Shown one piece after another: positions 54,284-64,000 of a DNA stretch of 64,000 nucleotides. The notes beneath the pieces were generated by a model, which was not told where the DNA came from, ran no database searches, and saw only the letters and a list, made by a program, of their open reading frames with translations. The position numbers and the translations under genes were made by a program. The stretch spans positions 80,290,001-80,354,000 of the forward strand of contig OZ024743.1 of the NCBI GenBank assembly GCA_964016885.1. The letters run 5' to 3'. This DNA is from Eledone cirrhosa (Eukaryota). How positions within the stretch are numbered: position 1 is the first letter of the stretch; each line of letters opens with the position of its first letter.

Positions 54284-54900
54284 CTATCTCTCTCGTCCTT
54301 CCCATCTCTCCATGTGGTGACCAAATGGGGTCCCACGTGCTGGCCTCCCCACAGCCCATGCGGACAGAATGGAGAAGGCCTTTCCCCGGAGGATTGTAAG
54401 AGAAATGCACTGGAAGTGCCATTCCAACTCGCGAGGCTCACATCTGCTACTGGCCAGCTCAGTGCTTATGGTGATGAGTAAGGAGGTAGCCTTAGGTCCA
54501 AGGACACCAGAAGTCTCCACTGCTACGGGTATCCAGGTCTGTGACTATGGTGGTGAGTAGGGAGGTAGCCTTAGGGCCAAGGACACCAGAAGTCTCCACT
54601 GCTACTTTAGCCAGGTCTGTGCCTATGGTGGTGAGTAGGGAGGTAGCCCTAGGATCAAGGACACCAGAAGTCTCCACTGCTACAGGTAGCCAGCTCAGCG
54701 CCTATGGTAGTGAGTAGGGAGGTAGCCCTAGGGCCAAGGACACCAGAAGTCTCCACTGCTACAGGTAGCCAGCTCAGCGCCTATGGTGGTGAGTAGGGAG
54801 GTAGCCCTAGGACCACAGCTACAGGTAGCCAGCTCAGCGCCTATGGTAGTGAGTAGGGAGGTAGCACTAGGGCCAAGGACACCAGAAGTCTCTACTAAAG
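54284..54900 (-). mobile_element. CRE-like restriction-like-endonuclease C-terminal fragment with ~5.5 tandem 78-bp in-frame repeats
   Basis: PVAVETSGVLGPKATSLL...EPRELEWHFQCISLTILRGKAFSIL resembles the recalled ETxGxxG...FQRISxAxQRGNA terminus of CRE-clade proteins. Confidence 0.7.
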
Positions 54901-55133
54901 GGAGATGTTGATTTAGTTGTTTAATGACCTAACGTGGTTTCGACAACAACATGGTCTGTATTCTGTATAATTTATATTAATATCTCCGCTTGTTCAAAAT
55001 AATTCTTCCCTGACAACAGAATCTAATTCTTCTAACATTGGTTGTCGCAATGTTTCGAAATAACTAATATTGTATCTCGATTTTAGAAACCATGGTCGGG
55101 AGGGATATATCTATCTATCTATATCTATCTATC

Positions 55134-55230
<97 letters not shown>

Positions 55231-55359
55231 GTAGAACACTGGAAGGTAATATCCATAGTGGTAGAGCAATCAATCCATGGGACGAGTTAGGTTGAAGTGG
55301 TTACACAACAGTTAGTTCATCATACCGAGAACAATTGTTTCATATAACCATGCCCATTA

Positions 55360-55397
55360 CGAGCTGAGGATCCGCTAAGGTGAAACAATTGTTCTCG
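55360..55397 (+). ncRNA. Minimal type I hammerhead ribozyme
   Basis: CGAG-CTGAGGA-TCC GCTAA GGT-GAAA-CAATTG-TT-CTCG; palindromic stem III; inverted partial copy at ~55303-55342. Confidence 0.8.
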
Positions 55398-55429
55398 GTA
55401 TGGTGAACTAACTGTTGTGTTACTACTTC

Positions 55430-55463
<34 letters not shown>

Positions 55464-55553
55464 CAAAATTAAATTAAATTAAATTAAGGGTCATGTCCGA
55501 GACATGCGCCATATCCACCGTCGATGTGTAAACACAGATAGTTAAATCTTCTC

Positions 55554-55636
55554 CCTTGCTGAAGATGCGGAATTTCCCTACTGTGAGTTTACGGATTAAT
55601 GGTGAAATATACTTCTTTAATGAAATATATACAAGG
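55554..55636 (+). ncRNA. Type I hammerhead with intact core (568-bp family)
   Basis: CCTTG-CTGAAGA-...-GAAA-TATACTTC/GAAATATA-TA-CAAGG; stem II pairing poor in this copy. Confidence 0.6.
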
Positions 55637-55804
55637 AAGATTAATCATTTTTAAAAAGGTAATATTTGAAGTTCTAGTTAAACTTTAATTAGTTACCTAC
55701 CTAGCTGTGTGTGCTTACAAACTTTACAAATTATCCCCTGTGATTGTTTCATGTGTTTATTTTGAATATATATATATGTCGATCAATTTCTAGCTTTCTA
55801 GTTG

Positions 55805-55901
<97 letters not shown>

Positions 55902-56072
55902 TATATTCATTTATATTGAAGCTAAAGAGTGAGTCTTGTTACAGATGAGTTTCGCCTGATTTTCAGAGTCATCAGAGTTAATATACATTTATATTAAGTC
56001 TTTTTAATCTTTATATAAATGTATATTAAAACTCTAATTCTGTATTGAGTACTCCTTTATCTCAGCCGTCAA

Positions 56073-56130
<58 letters not shown>

Positions 56131-56464
56131 TTCTTTATATGATGTGTATGTGTGTGTTAAGGAGTTCGCTCCGCAACCGCTTGTTCCGGGTTAGAGAGCC
56201 GTTGCATAGCATCCGTCACCAACTATGGCCTCAAGTAGAACAATCACTTTTGAGTGGAATTTTGAAGTTTATACATTTATATATTTTAAAAGCTCTGTAG
56301 TCTTCATAGAGCACTCTCCTTTCCTTTACTTTTCTTACGGAAACACTTCATATATATATGTATATGTATATATATATATATGACCTACACCCATCCCAAT
56401 CCCCACCCTCTCCTACCACCAGATAAGGAAAGATATAAATACCACCATTTACTTGGACAGCCAA

Positions 56465-56511
56465 CTTCCTGATGATTTTTCACGAATGAAACAGTTCTAG
56501 TCCTGTAGAAG
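56465..56511 (+). ncRNA. Type I hammerhead ribozyme
   Basis: CTTC-CTGATGA-weak stem II-GAAA-CAG/CTG-TA-GAAG; lies between inverted repeats 56287-56355 and 56685-56754. Confidence 0.75.
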
Positions 56512-57054
56512 CTCTTCTATATTAAAACTTTTATACTCTGCTATGTATTGAGTCCCTTACTTACTGTGGTTACCTCTGATTCAACCCGGAATAACTTACA
56601 TATATATATATATATATATAACTGATTCAGAGGACTCTACAAGTTTTCTGGGGTATAATATACAATGATATTAATAAATAAATATATATATGAAGTGTTT
56701 CCGTAGGAAAGGTAAAGGAAAGAAGAGGTGCTCTATGTAGGCTACAGAGCTTTTTAGTTATGTAATAAAAACATAAGATAATTATTTCCTTTACCAAAGG
56801 TTTCACGAAGACACATGAGCCTGACACAGACGTCTGAAACCGATCGTCAACGGCGAATAATTTTACCGAAGCGAAATGGGAAACCAACAAATAAAACAGT
56901 AAAGAACTCATGTCTTCACACATCAGTCGACAAACTGGGATAGATGTCCGTTTGTTTGTTTTTTTAAATCTAGCCGAAATCACTGTCTTAGCCAGAATCT
57001 CGATGAATATGAAAAGTCTCAATTAAATGAAAGAGATGTGTGTACTATGGACAA

Positions 57055-57181
57055 GACAACATCAGGAAACACGTGTACAACACAGGAAACACCTAGAGAA
57101 CATAGGAAACACGTGGAGAACACAAGAAACACGTGGACAACACAGGAAACACGTGGAGAACACATGAAACACGTGGACAAT
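57055..57181. repeat. ~20-22-bp minisatellite (ACAGGAAACACGTGGAGAAC)
   Basis: About six units, most containing CACGTG. Confidence 0.85.
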
Positions 57182-57802
57182 AGTATGTTGGTGAGAGAAC
57201 GAGAAAGTCTTTCGACTAACAAAAAGCACAGAAGGTAACACTTTTCTTACGAGCGAGACGAAACAAGGACGTGTACAGGGTATTAAGGCTGGGAAGAACG
57301 GGTTGTGAAAAATTTCTTCGGAAAACGATACACATGAAGGAGAAAGAAAAAAGGGTCTTATCGTGGCTAAAGATGCAGTTAAAATGTTATGATAGATAGA
57401 GGGATGAGAATTATGTGAGAGAATTGAAAGGACAAAAACAACAAAAAAGGAAAGGAAGAGAAAGGGGAAAAAAGAGAGAAATATATCCAGGGATGGGGAG
57501 GGTGTCACAGAAAAAAACCCATTTAAACTTTAAAATGGAAGTTATGGCATTATAGTAAATTAGAATTTTTATCAATTTTGTTTTCTTTTACACGAGAGAA
57601 AGGGAAAATGAACAATTCTGTGAGTGGAAAGCAAAAATATCTTTTCACGCCAGCTACCAAATAGGAATAGGAGAGGGATGGAAACTATGACATATCTTCC
57701 AGTGCTTATAAAATCGTAAAAGATAGGTCGTAATTTTGTTCCCTCTTGTATTTTGGTGGTTGGTCAAATATGGGTATCGATTTTGGTCCGTGTATCAGCA
57801 TA

Positions 57803-57854
<52 letters not shown>

Positions 57855-58490
57855 ATTATACAAATTATATTAATTATTTTATTATATTATTTATTTATTT
57901 ATTTTCTGTTTTCTTCATTTATTGCCTTATATTTCTTCATATACATGGAAGAACCCCCCCCCCCCCCCCCCACCGCCACCACCACTATGATGGTGGCAGG
58001 AGGGATGAAGAAAAAACACAAACTGGATACTTCTAAATTGTTAGCAGCAGCAAGATATAAGCTGACCACAACACAAACAACACTACCAAAATAAGGGTAG
58101 AGGTCAAATGTACTGAACAATAGCAGGCAAAAACACTACAGGGAGTCTCATCCCAGAAAGAATTCTATAGACTTCTGACTGAGGAATGCTCTCAGAACTG
58201 ACCAATGGGAAGTTTGACACTTTTTTATTATTTTGTTCCTTTAACACCTTGTCCCTTCTACCATTTTATCCATTTTTAAGCTAACTCCAACAATAACAAC
58301 ACTTAGAATGAGGAATGTTCTAATAACTGAGGAGAAGAGGACCTTTGACACTGAAATTCGTTTGTTTAAATTCATATGACTCCAGTTCCTCAGTGAATTA
58401 ACAACCCAACAAGGAACTGGGCATATCAGAGTATTGACAATATTATACACCTAAACAACATATGTACTTGTCTATACCATACTAATTCAA

Positions 58491-58545
58491 ACTGCCTGAA
58501 GAGGTCACAGCCAAAGATGGCTGTCACTGAAATATATATAGCAGT
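58491..58545 (+). ncRNA. Intact type I hammerhead ribozyme in 5' terminal repeat
   Basis: ACTGC-CTGAAGA-GGTCACAGCC/GGCTGTCACT-GAAA-TATATA-TA-GCAGT, followed by AATAAA. Confidence 0.9.
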
Positions 58546-61500
58546 AATAAACGAAGCTAAATTTTAATCATTTGACTTTTATTTAACTTTATTTTACACT
58601 ACTCCGGAGTAACCAAACCAACCTGCGCACTTCGTCTAGTGCTCCAGCCTGCATACTGAGGTGTTGGTATACAACCAACATAAACTCAAAATCTATCTAG
58701 CTCCCACACGGGTTGACCGCTTCAAACAGTAGCGGACCTAAGTCACTATGGATAAACTGGCAACCTTAGCGTCACTGAAGGACATCCCCCTACCTGATAA
58801 ACGAGAATACACCAGTGACTCATCAAGAGTACGGACTCCCTCATCCGTAGGATGAGCTGGAAGGCGTTCCACTTCGAAAGAGGAACGCAGAAAATTACCA
58901 ATACACAAAACATGGAGTACCTTTTTCGATCAAGGAGGAATCCCCCCCCACAACAGACTAATGGAGGAGTTTGAAAACGAGATGATTAACATCATATCCA
59001 ACCTCAAATTCTCCGGAAACCCAACCAGAAGCCAGGAGTACCTCAGACACCTGAGAAACCGGATTACAGTACTTAAAGGGACAACTGGAATGCTTGTCCA
59101 TGCTGACAAAACAAACAACCTCTAAAACATGAACACTGAACTGTACAATAAGATAATCCTCAGGGAACTGAGGAAGTGGAAGTGCTACAAAAAAAACACC
59201 TGGATTTACCCTGGATGAGATCAATGCCACAGCTTACAGGATTATATCCAGAATCGGCATAGAGGACAGGACGGCCCCATACCAACCAAGGGAGCCGCAG
59301 ATTACCCTTAAAGACCACAAGCCAAACTTTGAGTCCGACCTCCCTGTCAGACTAATAGCCCCCCTCCAGATCTGACCTAGGGATCGTCAGTAAAAGAATA
59401 CTGGATAGATTTTGTCCAAGCTTCGGAAGAAAACCAAATTACAGCAATGGTCATGCACGGGAGAAGTAATAGAATGGCTAAAAATACTGCATGAGAAAAG
59501 TAGGACCAGCTTTATACAACTGGACATCGCAAGCTACTACTCCTCAATCTCACCCATAGTACTTAATAAGGCCCTATTTTTAGCGATGTCCAATACGGAC
59601 CTAACCCGAGAGGAGGGGAGCATCATCCACGCCGCAAGAAAGACCTTAATCCGCTTCGATGGAGACCTTTGGACCAGGAGTGATTGGCCAAATAACTTTG
59701 ACATCACGATGGGCTCCAGCGACTCAGCGCAGGTAACGGACCTGGTTGGGCTCTACCTGCTGAAGCAGATAAAAGATGAAATCCCCTGCCTGGGCGGCGG
59801 ATTATATCGTGACGATGCTCTATTCACAGTATATGACCACAGCACCAATATGTTGGAGGGTATGAGGAGGCGTATTCGCCATTTCTTTAAGAACCAGGGC
59901 CTCAGCATAGACATAGACCCAAATAGGAAGGTAGTTAACTTCCTAGACACCACTCTAAACCTGAACACCGAGCAATACTACCCCTACCACAAGCCCAAGG
60001 AGAAACTAGTATATGTTAACGCCAAATCAAACCACCCTAGATCCATAACCAAGGCATTGGTGAAGAGTGTCTCGGACAGGATCTCCAGCCTGCCCGCAAG
60101 TAAGGAAATATTCAATAACCACGCGGAATATTACAACGCAGCTCTAAAGAAGGCGGCACATGGCCAAAATATAACATATAGTCCGAAAAGCCGGGAGGTG
60201 GATAGCCCAACAGACACCCACAACCGCGTTGCCCGGGAGGGGGGGGAGAACGCTAACAATACAGGCAGAGCAGAATCAAATAGGCACCATGTACCCGACA
60301 CCACCACACGGGCGATGGGGACTAGTGCGCTTGACCACGAGGTGGAGCACAATATGAGTAGCAGTCTCAGGCGTGACGCTAACCACCCCAGGACGGACGA
60401 CCCCAACTGCAGGACACGTGGGGGGGGGGAGGAAACGGACGACCACCCCATGATGGATCTCCCGGGGCGGACAACGACCACCCCACAAATTCGGGCCGCG
60501 AAGATAACAAAAAGCATAGAGCCCAAAGAGGAAGCAACAGTGCGGAAACCACCAGCAACCCAACAAATCTCCAACAAATCACGAAGCCCCCGACCCACAC
60601 ATATAGGAAGAGACACCGAAAAATCACGTGGTACAACCCACCCTACTCAGCGGCCCTAAAGAAAAGCTTGGCCCGATTATTCTTTGGAGCACTTGACAAA
60701 TGCTTCCCGAGGGACCACAGATACCACAGGATCTTCAACAGACACGCTGTGAAGCTGTCGTATTCCACCACGAGAAATTTGGCCCAACACATAGCTAGCA
60801 TCAACAGAAGTAGGCTTAAAAACCACACACAACCAGAAGATGGCAATACAAACACTCAGCAGAACCATGTGAAAGGAGAGAAGGGGGGCCCAGAGCCCAC
60901 CCAATAAACCCAAACAGACCCGAGGACCCCCCACCGAGCCTGGGGGAAGACCAACATGTAACACATAACGGGAACCCTAATCTAGGCACGCAGAGGCCGA
61001 CCACCCTCTGCAACTGCAGAAACCCCGAATCATGCCCCTTGGTAATGAATGCCTCAAGAAGAACCTAGTGTACGGTTGTAGGGTTAAAACCCCCAACTCC
61101 GAACACCTCTACATAGGAGCCACATCAACGAGCTTTAAAGACCGCTGGTACAACCATCGCCATTCATTCAAGAAGGAGGCCAAAAGGAAAAGTACAGCTC
61201 TCTCCGACCTGATCTGGAAGCTTAAGCTGGACAGGACCCCATACTCTCTGGCCTGGTACATAATCAGGAAAGTACCACCCGATAAAGGGGGATCTTGCAT
61301 ATGCAAACTATGCCTGAACGAGACCCTCGAGATACTAAGAGGTGGAAGCGGCCTGATAAACCTCAGAACCGACTTCTTCGGGACATGCAGACACCTTAGA
61401 GCCGGGACCTTTCTCAAGATATATGGACAGTAGCAACACAAGAAGATGTGAACTCCCCTCAAGCTATAGGGACTTCTACAGAACATGAAAACACCTCTCG

Positions 61501-62641
61501 GCCAGACCTCCCTCAAGCTATATGGGCAATAACAACACCCTAGGTTGTGAACTCCCCTCAAGCCATAGGGAACAACCCAGGCTGAGCAGACACCATGATA
61601 GCCTAGAGATAGAATCGGACACAGCCATTATAATTTGGCCAACACCTATAACACAAACACTTTTTATTTACTAGATTTCTGATTTTCAAGTTCCAATCTT
61701 AAATCTTGATTTCTCTTTATTAATTTGTTATTTGTTTTCTGCCCTCTTCACTGTATCTCCTTATATTTATTTTTAAGTTGAGATTGATTATAACACAAAC
61801 ACATTTAGTTTGAATATCTCATCTTAACATCTTGTCTCATACCAATCTATCCAACATATTCTGACCTTGAGATTGGTTATAGCACACACACACACTTTAT
61901 CCTACATTATTTCTCACTTCTCCATATTCATTTTCATTACTTTTTCACCAATTTTTCATTTATTCTTTATTCTTTATTCTTTATTCTTTATTCTCTATTT
62001 ATTTATTTATTTTCAAATTATACAAATTATATTAATTATTTTATTATATTATTTATTTATTTATTTTCTGTTTTCTTCATTTATTGCCTTATATTTCTTC
62101 ATATACATGGAAGAACCCCCCCCCCCCGCCACCACCACTATGATGGTGGCAGGAGGGATGAAGAAAAAACACAAACTGGATACCTCTAAATTGTTAGCAG
62201 CAGCAAGATATAAGCTGACCACAACACAAACAACACTACCAAAATAAGGGTAGAGGTCAAATGTACTGAACAATAGCAGGCAAAAACACTACAGGGAGCC
62301 TCATCCCAGAAAGAATTCTAGACTTCTGACTGAGGAATGCTCTCAGAACTGACCAATGGGAAGTTTGACACTTTTTTGTTATTTTGTTCCTTTAACACCT
62401 TGTCCCTTCTACCATTTTATCCATTTTTAAGCTAACTCCAACAATAACCACACTTAGAATGAGGAATGTTCTAATAACTGAGGAGAAGAGGACCTTTGAC
62501 ACTGAAATTCGTTTATTTGAATTCATATGACTTCAGTTCCTCAGTGAATTAACAACCCAACAAGAAACTGGGCATATCAGAGTATTGACAATATCATACA
62601 CCTAAACAACATATGTACTTGTCTATACCATACTAATTCAA

Positions 62642-62696
62642 ACTGCCTGAAGAGGTCACAGCCAAAGATGGCTGTCACTGAAATATATATAGCAGT
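62642..62696 (+). ncRNA. Intact type I hammerhead ribozyme in 3' terminal repeat
   Basis: Identical to 58491-58545. Confidence 0.9.
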
Positions 62697-62740
62697 AATA
62701 AACGAAGCTAAATTTTAATCATTTGACTTTTATTTAACTT

Positions 62741-62818
<78 letters not shown>

Positions 62819-62926
62819 GAAGAGGGGGAGGAAGAGGGGGAGTGCAGAATTGCATAAAATAATTGTAAACACACTCGATGGCTATAAATAGTAGGTTAGA
62901 AAATCAGGTAAAATACACCTATAGGC

Positions 62927-63016
62927 GGAAAAAGTGGTCAGTGGCCGCTACAAAGATCCGAACTCTGTATCCCTCCAATTCCGACTAAATGATCTAACTA
63001 TTGAGCTACGGAATCT
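62927..63016 (-). mobile_element. Degenerate tRNA-like sequence or SINE head
   Basis: Minus: GATTCCGTAGCTCAATAGTTAGA...GAGTTCGGATC...TTTTT. Confidence 0.5.
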
Positions 63017-63144
63017 CTGACAACTATACCTGTCTAAATTAGATAACTAAATCGAACAGCGTTTGAATGTGAACAACATTCTAGGTGAACTATCGAACTA
63101 TCAAAGCACTGAGTAATTTATATATGTATGTATATATATATGAG

Positions 63145-63175
<31 letters not shown>

Positions 63176-63193
63176 TAGAGATAGAGAGAGAGG

Positions 63194-63246
<53 letters not shown>

Positions 63247-63636
63247 AACATATGTATATATATGCATGTGCTTGGAAGTGGGGCGCAATCAAATCTGACT
63301 ACATACAGACATGAACGTTTAACCAACCGAAAGACATGCGTGCGCAACTAAAAGACTTTTGCTATAAAAGCACGCATCTGATATTCAGGAAAATGCTAAA
63401 TATGAATGGAATGAGTTTTGGTAGAAGAGAAGAGAAGGTCTGTCGGTGGTTTTTTATCGGCAGGATCTTGTGCAATTTCCAAGGTACATTAGCATAATCC
63501 AGTAATATGGCGGACAATCATACGTTCACTACTGTTGATAAAATCAAAATGGTTGCTGGCATCGAACGCTTATTACTTGCATTGATTGTATACAATATAA
63601 AAGCATGCATAACAAGCATGTATTATATATGTATAT

Positions 63637-63680
<44 letters not shown>

Positions 63681-63697
63681 CATGCATAACAAGCATG

Positions 63698-63772
<75 letters not shown>

Positions 63773-63860
63773 TATACATATATGTGTGTGTGTGTGGTGT
63801 ATGAGCGTGCATAAAGTGCATAGGCATATAGTGTATGAGTGCGCATAAACTATATATATA

Positions 63861-63962
<102 letters not shown>

Positions 63963-64000
63963 GGATATATATATATGTGTGTGTGGTTCATGTGTGGTTC

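Larger units (their letters stand above)
57849..62747 (+). mobile_element. Near-full-length Penelope-like element, Naiad-type, with ~740-bp direct terminal repeats (57849-58597, ~62012-62747), inserted in (TA)n
   Basis: ORF ~58748-61433 with several frameshifts: SLKDIP...IRRMSWKAF, ADKTNN, ITLKDHKPNF, FIQLDI, FDITMGSSDSAQVTDLVGLY, YRDDAL, ITWYNPPYS, CNCRNPESCP, LVY..LYIGAT...FKDRWYNH, CKLCLNE, CRH. Confidence 0.95.

Noticed and set aside
61433-62520. SECIS element downstream of the Naiad-type ORF
   Set aside because: ATGA/GTGA candidates lack a convincing stem with apical AA by eye, and no in-frame TGA was seen at conserved Cys positions; needs SECISearch.
63507-63689. ORF MADNHTF... with ATGGCGG start
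   Set aside because: Runs into (TA)n; no splice donor or homology recognised.

Overview
AT-rich, microsatellite-saturated animal genomic DNA. The SINE families, (TA)n/(CA)n/(AAT)n density and retroelement mix suggest an octopus or other cephalopod (inference from recalled repeat consensus, no search run). 1-12.56 kb is a 39-bp tandem array that reads as a Thr-rich mucin-like PTS domain on the minus strand, with a candidate splice acceptor at 12564-12563 and four frameshifts. 12.7-18.2 kb is an oppositely oriented 42-bp array open in four of six frames. The rest is mostly decayed mobile DNA: tRNA-derived SINEs (one split by a 13-bp minisatellite), a Helitron with a helicase C-terminal remnant, three L1/Tx1-type LINE copies plus a short 3' stub, two R4/Dong-type fragments, an RTE 3' end with three C2H2 fingers, a CRE-like end, and three Penelope-like elements (PLEs). 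One PLE is near full length, Naiad-type, with ~740-bp direct repeats each carrying an intact hammerhead ribozyme. The least obvious layer is RNA structure: about a dozen intact or degenerate type I hammerheads in several unrelated repeat families, a 568-bp hammerhead-bearing tandem unit, and a 267-bp unit carrying a cloverleaf with a GGA anticodon. A housekeeping-type promoter motif cluster lies at 24.68-24.87 kb. Most short ORFs in the track are microsatellite artefacts. No intact host gene can be assembled with confidence.
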